Below, piece after piece: positions 9,548-18,793 of a stretch of DNA of 64,000 bases; within the stretch, counting starts at the first letter, position 1; the number at the start of each line of letters is the position of its first letter. The notes beneath the pieces are model-generated. The model saw only the letters and a list, made by a program, of their open reading frames with translations, did no database searches and was not told the DNA's origin. The translations under genes and the position numbers were made by a program. Source of the DNA: an uncultured Spirochaetota bacterium (lineage in GTDB: Bacteria > Spirochaetota > Brevinematia > Brevinematales > JAOACQ01); NCBI GenBank assembly GCA_963835575.1, contig CAWIGG010000002.1:96001-160000 (forward strand). The letters are read 5' to 3'.

Positions 9548-11764
9548 ATGAATAATCCCCGTGAAATATTATTGAATACATTCGGCTACAGTTCATTCCT
9601 GCCTCTGCAGGAAGACATCATCGGCGCGGTCATGTCAAAAAACGATGTTTTGGCCGTCCTTCCCACCGGGGGAGGAAAATCCATCTGCTACCAGATCCCT
9701 TCGATCCTGCTTCCGGGCCTGACGGTGGTCATTTCTCCCCTGATATCCCTGATGAAAGACCAGGTCGACCAGCTGGATAAGGCCGGAATCAAGGCCGTTA
9801 TGCTGAACAGTACCCTCAATCCCAATGAATATCATGAAAACAAGGCACATTTACTTAACGGGCATGCCAGGCTCCTCTACATAGCCCCGGAGTCCCTCTT
9901 CAAAGCGGATATCCAGGCGATGCTTGCCCGCGCCCAGCCTGCATTGATAGCCGTCGATGAAGCGCACTGTGTTTCCGTCTGGGGCCATGACTTCCGGCCG
10001 GAATACAGGCAGTTGATCAAACTGCGGCGGATTTTCCCGGAAGCGGTATGGATCGCACTGACAGCTACGGCCACCGGCCGGGTCCGTCAGGACATCTGCG
10101 GATGTCTCGGCCTCGATAGCCCGAAGGTGTTCATCGGCAGCTTCAACCGGAAGAATTTATTCCTTGAAGTGAGGCCGAAATCGGACAGCTACGGCCAGTT
10201 AAAAGAAATCCTGGGCGCTCATAAAGACCAATCAGGTATCGTTTATTGTTTTTCCAGGAACCAGGTGGATATTTTGTCGCAGAAACTGGCCGGTGAAGGC
10301 TATTCCGTCAAACCCTACCATGCCGGGTTGCCTGATGAAGAACGGCATTTAAACCAGCGCCTGTTCGTGAATGATAACGCGTCGGTGATGATCGCGACCA
10401 TCGCGTTCGGCATGGGGATCAACAAACCGGATGTCCGTTTTGTCGTCCATTACGACATTCCGAAAAACCTGGAATCTTATTATCAGGAAATCGGCAGGGC
10501 CGGAAGGGACGGCCTGCCGTCGGACTGCGTCCTTCTTTATAATTACGCCGACATTCATAAGCACATGAATTTTATCAATGAGATAAGCGATCCTGAACTC
10601 AAAGCCTCCGCCGTGAAGCACCTCAATGAAATGGCCGCTTTTGCCGAGAACCTGGACTGCCGGAGAAAGCCCCTTCTGCGGTATTTCGGCGAGGAATACC
10701 ATGAAGACAACTGCGGCGGCTGCGACAACTGCGCATCCGGGAAGCCGGAAGGGGATGAAACGGACCTGACGGACGAGGCGCGCCTGTTCCTTTCCGCTTT
10801 GACGGAAGTGAATGAAAGGTTCGGCAGCGAGCATATTATCGCCATCCTGCGGGGCTCTGCCGGTGAAAAAGTCAGGAAATTCCATCATGAAGAACTCGCC
10901 TCCTACAATCTGGGTAAAAACAAATCAAAAAACGAATGGCAGGTAATCCGGGATCTGATGGTACGGTCCAGGCTGATCAAAAAGGACATCGATAATTTCG
11001 GCGTCCTGAAAATAACGCCTGAAGGGAAGGAAGTTCTGGGCGGGAGAAGAAAATTTACCGGGCATATTCCAGAGGAAAAAACCGCTGCCGCGATACCCGC
11101 AAGGGGGATGAACAGCGCCTTTCAGTATGATAAAACATTGTTTGAATCCCTGAGGAAACTCCGCAAGCAGCTCGCCGAACAGGAAAATGTGCCTCCTTAT
11201 GTCATATTCCCGGACACGTCGCTCATCCAGATGTCCCGGGAATTTCCGGAAAACAGGGCGGAATTTGCCCGCATCACGGGCGTCGGCCGGGTGAAGCTGG
11301 AAAAATACGCCGGGGTATTTGTTTCCGCAGTCATAAAATACTTGAAAGATAATCCCGCAGCGGGGAAAAAACCGGCGGCCCCGGATAATCATGGCGGCAT
11401 TCCGGTAAAATTAAAAAGAATACCGGAAGGCAAAAATCTTCCGAAACATATGACGACCGGTAAGCTTTTTAACGCGGGACGGTCTATTGAATCCATAGGG
11501 GATGAATTCTCGATAAAAAAAGAAACAGTCTTTGAACACTTATTTCGCTGTGTAAAAGACGGAATGGCCGTCGATACAGGACTATTGCTGAAATACGCTC
11601 CCCGGAGCGGGGATGAGTCCCGCCGGATACTGGAAGTATTTAATAAGAACAGCGGCGGTTATTTAAAACCGGTCTTTGAGGCGTTTAATGAGAAATACAC
11701 CTATGAAGAACTGAGAATCTATCAATTGATCTATTTGAGCGGGCTTCAATCACCCGATAAGTGA
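9548..11764 (+). CDS. recQ: ATP-dependent DNA helicase RecQ
   Basis: PTGGGKS, DEAHC, HDFRPEY, QEIGRAGRDG, Zn-binding Cys, RQC and HRDC domains. Confidence 0.97.
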   Translation: MNNPREILLNTFGYSSFLPLQEDIIGAVMSKNDVLAVLPTGGGKSICYQIPSILLPGLTVVISPLISLMKDQVDQLDKAGIKAVMLNSTLNPNEYHENKAHLLNGHARLLYIAPESLFKADIQAMLARAQPALIAVDEAHCVSVWGHDFRPEYRQLIKLRRIFPEAVWIALTATATGRVRQDICGCLGLDSPKVFIGSFNRKNLFLEVRPKSDSYGQLKEILGAHKDQSGIVYCFSRNQVDILSQKLAGEGYSVKPYHAGLPDEERHLNQRLFVNDNASVMIATIAFGMGINKPDVRFVVHYDIPKNLESYYQEIGRAGRDGLPSDCVLLYNYADIHKHMNFINEISDPELKASAVKHLNEMAAFAENLDCRRKPLLRYFGEEYHEDNCGGCDNCASGKPEGDETDLTDEARLFLSALTEVNERFGSEHIIAILRGSAGEKVRKFHHEELASYNLGKNKSKNEWQVIRDLMVRSRLIKKDIDNFGVLKITPEGKEVLGGRRKFTGHIPEEKTAAAIPARGMNSAFQYDKTLFESLRKLRKQLAEQENVPPYVIFPDTSLIQMSREFPENRAEFARITGVGRVKLEKYAGVFVSAVIKYLKDNPAAGKKPAAPDNHGGIPVKLKRIPEGKNLPKHMTTGKLFNAGRSIESIGDEFSIKKETVFEHLFRCVKDGMAVDTGLLLKYAPRSGDESRRILEVFNKNSGGYLKPVFEAFNEKYTYEELRIYQLIYLSGLQSPDK

Positions 11765-12081
11765 AGCCCGGTGTGCCATTTTTTGATCCTCCGCGCTGAT
11801 TTCATGAAAAACCCTGTCAATTTACTGTCGGTCACCCTTATATTCGTTGATACTTTAATTGTTTTATCCGGCAAAACAATAAATCATTTAATTCTTAATT
11901 ATATATCATCAATTCCTTTTACAATCTAATTCCAGGGGATAAGTCCAAAAGTGATATGACAAAAAAATAGATTTCAATCTTGAATCTTTTTTAATGTATT
12001 ATTACCTTAGATATATATAAGGCACATGGTTTTACTTAATGAAAAAGGCTGATCAGAATATTTAAAAAAAGGAGGCATGGG

Positions 12082-12975
12082 GTGAAGAAAACATCAATTA
12101 TCAAATATTTCATAAAGACATCAATTATTCTTTTACCGCTGCTCGGCTTTTCATTTTCCGGGCTCTTCTCTGAGGACGTTAACGTGATAATGAACAACGG
12201 TTCATATATAAAAGGAAGCCTGCTGGGTAAAACGGCCGATGAAATCGTTATTCAGGAAGCGGGTGGAAAAACGGACACGATAAAATTGGCAGATATCAAG
12301 GGCGTTTTCGATCCGCAGACCGGAAATCCCGTCGATCTTTCGGTAAATGAAAATACAAGTCAGGTAAGTCCGCAAAGGCCCGGCAGGGTCATTATCTACC
12401 GTCCGAAACCTGTCATAATCGAAGGACCGCGGAACGCGTTCGGGATCGATCTTCTGGGAGCGTCGCTCGGCTCCATAAGGCTGTCTTACGAAAGGGCGCT
12501 TTCGGATTGGTTTTCCCTGAGGATCGACGCCGCTTACAGCCCGGACTATTTCTGGCAGAGCGGGGTCAGCCTATGGTCGGCGGCGGTTTACGGACGGGTC
12601 TATTTCGGCCATTATATTCCATGGTTCAACACATGGTATAAAGGCCTGGGGGGAATGTTCTTCGAGGCAGGGGCCGGCTATGAAGGCGCGGCGATCAATT
12701 ACTCCTATTCGGACAGGAAAGGTTCGGTCAGCATCAATGGAAGCTTTCCGCCGTCGCCGATGGCAAGGTTTGTTTTCGGCAACAAGATTATCTTCGGAAA
12801 TGAAAGCGGTTTTTACCTGGAACCCTACGCGGGCTTTGAAGTGTCCTTCGGGTCCTGGAATATCGATTACAGCGGCACGGGACGCTATTCCCCTCAAAAT
12901 AGCGATATCTTTCCCTATGTCGAAGGGCTGGGGCAGGGCTATCTTTTCGGCATTGATTTCGGTTACACGTTTTAA
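12082..12975 (+). CDS. Secreted protein: small N-terminal beta domain + outer-membrane beta-barrel
   Basis: GTG start with GGAGG RBS, signal peptide, amphipathic strands, C-terminal FGIDFGYTF barrel signal. Confidence 0.7.
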   Translation: MKKTSIIKYFIKTSIILLPLLGFSFSGLFSEDVNVIMNNGSYIKGSLLGKTADEIVIQEAGGKTDTIKLADIKGVFDPQTGNPVDLSVNENTSQVSPQRPGRVIIYRPKPVIIEGPRNAFGIDLLGASLGSIRLSYERALSDWFSLRIDAAYSPDYFWQSGVSLWSAAVYGRVYFGHYIPWFNTWYKGLGGMFFEAGAGYEGAAINYSYSDRKGSVSINGSFPPSPMARFVFGNKIIFGNESGFYLEPYAGFEVSFGSWNIDYSGTGRYSPQNSDIFPYVEGLGQGYLFGIDFGYTF

Positions 12976-12998
12976 ATTATTATTTTGGAGGCCGGACA

Positions 12999-13538
12999 AT
13001 GAAAAAAATATTATTTATAATTCTGATTCTTGTTTTTACGGCGGGTATTTCATCAGCCGTTGAAGTTAATATAATCATGAAGGACGGCAGTGTCGTGAAA
13101 GGGAATATGCTGGGGAAAACCGCCGATGAGATTTATCTTCAGGGCGATAATGGAAAAGCCAGTACAATGAAGATAACAGACATAAAGGCCGTGTTCAACG
13201 CAGGCAATGGCGAGCCTGTTGTTCTTACCGCCAGGACGGATTCCCAGCAGGTCCTGACAAACGGCCAGACCGTCACAAACGATAAAAACTCCATTGTTGT
13301 CTCGGAAATCCAGGGAACGGGGGTTTATTACGGGGATTATAACGGCGATGTGGTCTATTATTACGGCGGGGCATGGTGGAAATACACCGGCGGCCTGTGG
13401 TACAGGGCTTACGGATTTGACGGGCCCTGGTTCTTTATCGGCGGCAGCTTTATACCTTACCCGGTCGCTTATATCGGGCCCAGATGGTTTTATTACGGTC
13501 CGCGTCATATTTATTACAGACACTGGCGCAGATGGTGA
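12999..13538 (+). CDS. Secreted protein sharing the N-terminal domain of 12082, with an aromatic/Gly-rich tail
   Basis: VNIIMKDGSVVKGNMLGKTADEI; YYYGGAWWKYTGGLWY. Confidence 0.75.
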   Translation: MKKILFIILILVFTAGISSAVEVNIIMKDGSVVKGNMLGKTADEIYLQGDNGKASTMKITDIKAVFNAGNGEPVVLTARTDSQQVLTNGQTVTNDKNSIVVSEIQGTGVYYGDYNGDVVYYYGGAWWKYTGGLWYRAYGFDGPWFFIGGSFIPYPVAYIGPRWFYYGPRHIYYRHWRRW

Positions 13539-13621
13539 TAAGCACATAAAGTGATACGGACGGCTGATCCATATGTAGTAATTAAATAACCCGAATTCGG
13601 ATTTCACAGGAGGAGAATAAT

Positions 13622-14077
13622 TTGAAAGAAAAATTTAGTGGAATACTGATGCTCCTGCCTTTTTCTTTCCTTTTTCTGCTCACAGGATGCGGCGATACGC
13701 AAAAGTTCATTGACAGAATGAAGCTGAGTAATGAAGAGGCGGTTAAAGTTAAACCGGTTATTGAAGAATACCTGAAAAAACAGAGCGAAATCTTTGAAAT
13801 CATAAAAAAATACAAGAAACCTTCCGGAGGTACCGGGGGGGACAGTACAGACCGGTCAGCCATGAAAGATGACATGGAAAAGCAAAAGGAAGAAATCGGC
13901 TCTTTTTTTGAATCGAATGACAATGACGCTATGAAAGAATTAAAGCCTCTTGTTACTGAAGAACAGTTAAATGTATTTTTGAACACGGCTAAAGAATACA
14001 GGCAGGAGAAAATAAAAGAGATGATGGGAGGAACCGGAAGTACGGAAAGGCATGAAGGACGCGGAAGACATAAATAA
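13622..14077 (+). CDS. Hypothetical helical lipoprotein
   Basis: TTG start after AGGAGG; lipobox LTGC. Confidence 0.7.
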   Translation: MKEKFSGILMLLPFSFLFLLTGCGDTQKFIDRMKLSNEEAVKVKPVIEEYLKKQSEIFEIIKKYKKPSGGTGGDSTDRSAMKDDMEKQKEEIGSFFESNDNDAMKELKPLVTEEQLNVFLNTAKEYRQEKIKEMMGGTGSTERHEGRGRHK

Positions 14078-14297
14078 TTCTTAATATACAGGGTTTTGAA
14101 AGTTCATTCATATTCGACCTCCTTACCAAAAGTCCTCTATCCGATATTGTTGATTATGCAATCGGATAGAGGGCTTTATTTTTGAGAAGGGATAACTACA
14201 GAGATTATCCTTTGATGCCCGGGGCAGGCGCCGGACATGGAGAAAGGTATGGAAAAAATTATTAAGTATTAGAATAAATAATAGATTTAAGGGTCTG

Positions 14298-14360
14298 CTT
14301 TGCGTGCTTTGCGTCTTTGCGGGAATTTTAATCTCTCGCAAAGACGCAAAGCACGCAAAG
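14298..14360. repeat. Perfect 24-bp inverted repeat built from CGCAAAG units
   Basis: CTTTGCGTGCTTTGCGTCTTTGCG / CGCAAAGACGCAAAGCACGCAAAG with a 15-nt spacer. Confidence 0.9.
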
Positions 14361-14611
14361 AAAAGGACTTTGTTAATTTGTTTTTACCATCCGCTGAATG
14401 CCGCCAGCCATTTGTTTACGCCGCCTCTGACGCTGACATTTACACCCCCGGGGGTAAATGTAAAAAGCCGGATTTGCTTTTCGGCATCGTAATGAAGTTA
14501 TATGTCTTTATTAAAAAAGGTGCAGGCTGTTGAATGAAAAACCGTTTAAATAATTTGTATTAAACGGCCGATCCTTTACCGAACCCATATTATCCATTTC
14601 CGGATGTCCCC

Positions 14612-15493
14612 TTATTCTGCCGTCCTGATACTTACCCGAATGCTCTCCTGGAGCCGCTCGATTTCATCGCCGGCCTGATAAGAAAAGCTGACTTGAGCAA
14701 GATCGCCGGAATTAACGGGAACGGATGAAGAAAGCGGAATGATCAGGTTCTGGTTCATCCAGTTGACGGCCCGGTTTTCTTTCATATGATAGAAGAGCCT
14801 GTTATTTGTGATAAAGCGGAGGGCGTTGAGTTCGCCGCTCTTCTTTATAAGGATTTCCTTGCCGCAATGGAGCGACTGATGAAAATCCTCTCCATACTGA
14901 ACAATCGCGTAAACTGACGGATCGCTGAGCGGACAGACGCTGGCGGATTCCCCGGGGTATTGAAAATTTGGCAGCGGCGCGTAATAGCCGAAAAAATTGA
15001 AATCCTGGCTGATAAGCTCCGCTCCCAGCACAGTCGCTTCAGGCACAAAGCGGGGAAGCTTTTTGCCGAACCTGGCTTTATACCGTTCCTTAAAAGATGC
15101 AATGACCTGTGTCTGCTTCTCCCGCAGTAAGGCGGAATGCAGCATTTCACAGATGACAACGTCAACCGGCTCCGGCGGAAGATAGCTCGCCGCGTCGGCC
15201 TTTACAACTTCCACTTCCGCTTGAAATGAATTGAGGGCCAGCAGCTCCTTCGCCTTGCCGGCCAGGGCCGGCTGCCGCTCAACGCACCAGACCTTTGAGG
15301 CGCGTTCCGCCGCAAAAAAAGACAGGACCCCCGTGCCGCCCCCAAGTTCCAGGACCTTTCCGTTCGAAGGAACAGCTAATCGGATGGCCTCCTTGAAACT
15401 CAGCATCCTGGCTTCGTCCTGCAGCATTTGAAAATGATAATGAAGGGGAATATACTGTCCCAGCTGTAATTCGCGATCGTCTTTCAGTCCCAT
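14612..15493 (-). CDS. SAM-dependent methyltransferase (PRMT-like / predicted RNA methylase)
   Basis: HFQMLQDEAR, VLELGGGTGVLS, VDVVICEML. Confidence 0.85.
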   Translation of the reverse strand: MGLKDDRELQLGQYIPLHYHFQMLQDEARMLSFKEAIRLAVPSNGKVLELGGGTGVLSFFAAERASKVWCVERQPALAGKAKELLALNSFQAEVEVVKADAASYLPPEPVDVVICEMLHSALLREKQTQVIASFKERYKARFGKKLPRFVPEATVLGAELISQDFNFFGYYAPLPNFQYPGESASVCPLSDPSVYAIVQYGEDFHQSLHCGKEILIKKSGELNALRFITNNRLFYHMKENRAVNWMNQNLIIPLSSSVPVNSGDLAQVSFSYQAGDEIERLQESIRVSIRTAE

Positions 15494-15782
15494 TGCTGTT
15501 CTCCATATATAAAGGTTTTAATCCGGCGAATATCAATCGATTATGACTGCGCCGGTTCCAGTTCCGCGATTCGATTTCTGATGATAAGCCTGTTTCATTG
15601 CCCGGGAAAAGGATTATTTCACAGGTTAAAGATCAAAATCCAGCGCCGATTCCATTATTTCGGATTTTATCATATTATATTGAGCGAATTATGTTTTATT
15701 TTCAATCAAACGCCTGTTTTTGAGAGATAATAAAGCCGGGTATTATATTTGTTGAAAAAAAGGATCAGGCAGACCGGACCCT

Positions 15783-16865
15783 CTATTTGATGTCGAACGC
15801 GAATTCCATATCGGCCTTCATCATCTGGTCATACCGGATCATCAGCCAGCTGAACTGCGTTCCCGGATGCGGCATAAAGACGCCGTTGACAAAACCGATC
15901 TTCAGGTCTATGTCCTTCTCAATATGAAAGGTCCGGTAGATATTCAGGCCGAAGTAAAAAGGGACCCGGTAAAAAGGATCGCCTTCTATGGAGATGTACT
16001 GATGGTTCGTATTAATGAACTCGTCTGAAACGAAAAGCTGAGACTGCCACTGAAGATCGAAAAGGGAGAAATTGTATTCGAGGTAAATCCCTTCACCGAA
16101 GACATTCAGCCGGGGATTGAATTCCCGGTCCGGAATAAAATAGGAGCAAAGGTAGAGCACGCTGAAATTCGTATTCCTGAGGCCGAAAGCGCCGGTGTAA
16201 TCCTCAGTTATAGAAACCGGATGCGGGTTTTCATGTCCGCCGTTATGCCAGTAATGCAGGCCGGCATAAAAAGGGTCCGTTTTATGGATCAAACCGACAT
16301 CAAAACGCTCGCGGTGATTTGTCGTGTCCGGGAGCTGCCAGTTCATATAAAGGTCTCCCTTCCCGAAGGGCTGGTCCCAGAGCGCCTCCAGGCCGTATTC
16401 ATACATGCCATGGCTGTCAATACCGTAAGGGAATGTCTCGTAAGTTACCGGGACCTGGGATTTTGTGATCACCCTCATTTCGGGCGTCATATTAACCAGC
16501 GGATCGAGTATCGCGGGCGGAAAATCATGATTGCCGTCCAGGCTTCCCAGCATCAGGGTAAATCCCTGGAACATAAAGCGGGACTGAACATACGGATAAT
16601 AATTGAAAATCTTCTCTTCCTGGTTGAATGGAATAAGAAAACCGGCCCCCAGCTTAAATTCAACATTCGAATCCACATTAATATCCAGGTAAGGCTGAAC
16701 GACATCCTCAAAATAGGTGAGTGTATACCGGGTTTCCTCCCAATATGTGCCGTTTTCACCGTTATAAGCCAATCCCTGGTTTTTTATACGGAATTGAGTT
16801 ATGGTTTCGGGAAACAAAGCGGCCGCGGCCGATAACAGCAGTAAAATAAATATAAACTTTTTCAT
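15783..16865 (-). CDS. Secreted hypothetical protein, probable outer-membrane beta-barrel
   Basis: Signal peptide, aromatic-rich alternating strands. Confidence 0.7.
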   Translation of the reverse strand: MKKFIFILLLLSAAAALFPETITQFRIKNQGLAYNGENGTYWEETRYTLTYFEDVVQPYLDINVDSNVEFKLGAGFLIPFNQEEKIFNYYPYVQSRFMFQGFTLMLGSLDGNHDFPPAILDPLVNMTPEMRVITKSQVPVTYETFPYGIDSHGMYEYGLEALWDQPFGKGDLYMNWQLPDTTNHRERFDVGLIHKTDPFYAGLHYWHNGGHENPHPVSITEDYTGAFGLRNTNFSVLYLCSYFIPDREFNPRLNVFGEGIYLEYNFSLFDLQWQSQLFVSDEFINTNHQYISIEGDPFYRVPFYFGLNIYRTFHIEKDIDLKIGFVNGVFMPHPGTQFSWLMIRYDQMMKADMEFAFDIK

Positions 16866-17022
16866 TCAGTAACTCCTGCGAAAAAATACAAAAAAACCGT
16901 AAACTGACAAATGTATAACTCTTTATTTTAGAGTTATCATTCGGGAATGTAAAATATTAAAGCTGTATATCAGAAGAAGATTTCAGAATCGTACGCAAAA
17001 TAAAGTTTTGCGCCGGTCCAGC

Positions 17023-18697
17023 TTGCCTGTCGGTTATTTCATTTTCGGAGTCAAACCAGCCCCTTACAATAAGCGGGCAAATAAAAATTTTGTCAGCTTA
17101 GCTGATTTTAATAATAAATTTCGAATAATCGATACTCAGACTATACAAAATCCTCTCTATTTTCTCAAATATTGGGCATATTTCATAAAATTATGCGCAA
17201 GGGATACCCAGCATAGCTCCAAATTCACTTTCCGTTGACCTCTGTAAACTGTCTGAACATAACCCTTCTGTGTTTTGATGTTTGAAAATACGTGTTCTTT
17301 ACCTATCCTGCGGTTGTATATCTTTTGCCCTTCTTCGCTGTAAAGTTTTGTTAAATAAGCATCAATCTTAGACCGATTATTCAATTCAAACTCACTGAAA
17401 ATTACTGTCTTTTGCTGTGTTTTCGGTTTGATGTTTTTATAACACTCACTGAAAAATGGACATCTTTCACAGCCCTTCCGTGAATACAAAAATGTATATC
17501 TTTGGTTATTTCGATCTAAATACCCATTTTCCTTACGGCCGCCCCGGCATCCCAGGATATATTCGTCATCAATCTTTTCCAGTTTAAAGTCTCTTCGCTT
17601 CTGTGATTTATCACTGAAATCCCGCTCTTTCGTATCCACATAAAGGTCTTTTCCTTCCTCCACCATCCGGATTGTCTCTTCCATGTCCTGAAAACCCGAA
17701 TCAAAAAGGTATTTGCTAGCCTTATCAACTTTTAATTCCGCTTTTTTCTGTTCCACCCTCTTTACCATTTCTTCCGTATGCTGTTTTTCCGGTGTTGTGA
17801 TTGCTTCAAAATCTATAATCACATCATTATTACTGACCATCATCGCCGAATTATATCCCTGTATAAACACACTATGCGGATTTCCAGACATCAGCTTGCT
17901 TTCGGGATCAGTCAGGTTGGTGAATTCTTCGTCTGTCTTTTCCCCTCTCTCTACCTGTTTTTTGTATTCATCGATTTGGTTCAAAACACTATCGTAAATC
18001 TTTTTCCGCCTTGATACCCGCTTCTTCTCCGCTTCGTAATAAGGCTGCTCCAGCTTGCCTTCCCGGTAAGATTCTTCCAGTTCCAGGTCTTGTTTCACAA
18101 TCTTTTCCGCCATCTTCTGGTAAGTGTCCATCAGCTTCCGGGTATGTTTCTTTCCCACATTCTTATTCTTACTCGCGTAGGCCTTGATCTTTGTGCCGTC
18201 ACCCACTACCATGTCCCAATCTATAGACCCCATTTCGTTGAGTATATATAAAAGCTGGCTGAACAACTCCTCGATCTTTTCCTGAAAAAGTACCTTGAAC
18301 TCGCAAATTACCGAATGGTCAATTTTCAGCCGGTTTGAAACATACATAAACCCAATGTGTTTTTTCAGCAAATCTTCTATCTTTCGGCTGATACGATTTC
18401 CCGTAATGTAACCGTAGAGTACCGCACAGATCACATCCCGAGGATTTTTAATCTCTCTGCCTCTATGGTTGTTCTTATAGTAAGCCGCGAAATCCTCCAG
18501 TTTAATACGGTTTTTGATGAATTCTTTTAGTATAAATTCTCTGGAATTCTCATCAAACTGCTCGCCTATATTGATCGCGAGGAACTCACCCTGCTCCAGG
18601 CTGTTCTTTTCAAATCTTGCCATCTTTTTCTCCCGTTTTATTTTAACGGGAACCCTGCCGTATGTCCATGAAGCATGTTATAAAAACCGACAGGCAA
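17023..18697 (-). mobile_element. IS1182-family insertion sequence, 1675 bp
   Basis: 13-bp terminal inverted repeats TTGCCTGTCGGTT / AACCGACAGGCAA flanked by the 4-bp direct repeat CAGC (17019-17022, 18698-18701). Confidence 0.85.
17157..18623 (-). CDS. IS1182-family DDE transposase
   Basis: VLYGY...SRKIE, DGTKIKAYASK, NLTDPESKLM, GYN, DSGF, EHVFSNIK motifs. Confidence 0.92.
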   Translation of the reverse strand: MARFEKNSLEQGEFLAINIGEQFDENSREFILKEFIKNRIKLEDFAAYYKNNHRGREIKNPRDVICAVLYGYITGNRISRKIEDLLKKHIGFMYVSNRLKIDHSVICEFKVLFQEKIEELFSQLLYILNEMGSIDWDMVVGDGTKIKAYASKNKNVGKKHTRKLMDTYQKMAEKIVKQDLELEESYREGKLEQPYYEAEKKRVSRRKKIYDSVLNQIDEYKKQVERGEKTDEEFTNLTDPESKLMSGNPHSVFIQGYNSAMMVSNNDVIIDFEAITTPEKQHTEEMVKRVEQKKAELKVDKASKYLFDSGFQDMEETIRMVEEGKDLYVDTKERDFSDKSQKRRDFKLEKIDDEYILGCRGGRKENGYLDRNNQRYTFLYSRKGCERCPFFSECYKNIKPKTQQKTVIFSEFELNNRSKIDAYLTKLYSEEGQKIYNRRIGKEHVFSNIKTQKGYVQTVYRGQRKVNLELCWVSLAHNFMKYAQYLRK

Positions 18698-18744
18698 CAG
18701 CATGAAAAAAGCATAGTTATAAAAAGCTCCCCCGTAATATCAGA

Positions 18745-18768
18745 AAGGGCGGCATAAATGCCGCCCTT
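18745..18768. terminator. Intrinsic terminator downstream of 18794..20836
   Basis: AAGGGCGGCA-TAAA-TGCCGCCCTT hairpin with T runs. Confidence 0.7.
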
Positions 18769-18793
18769 CTTTATTAATTGTCTGATTTAAATC

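Noticed and set aside
14375..14600. Possible decayed minus-strand gene or ncRNA around the hairpin ACATTTACACCCCCGGGGGTAAATGT
   Set aside because: Needs a frameshift and an internal stop, and there is no recognisable protein or RNA motif
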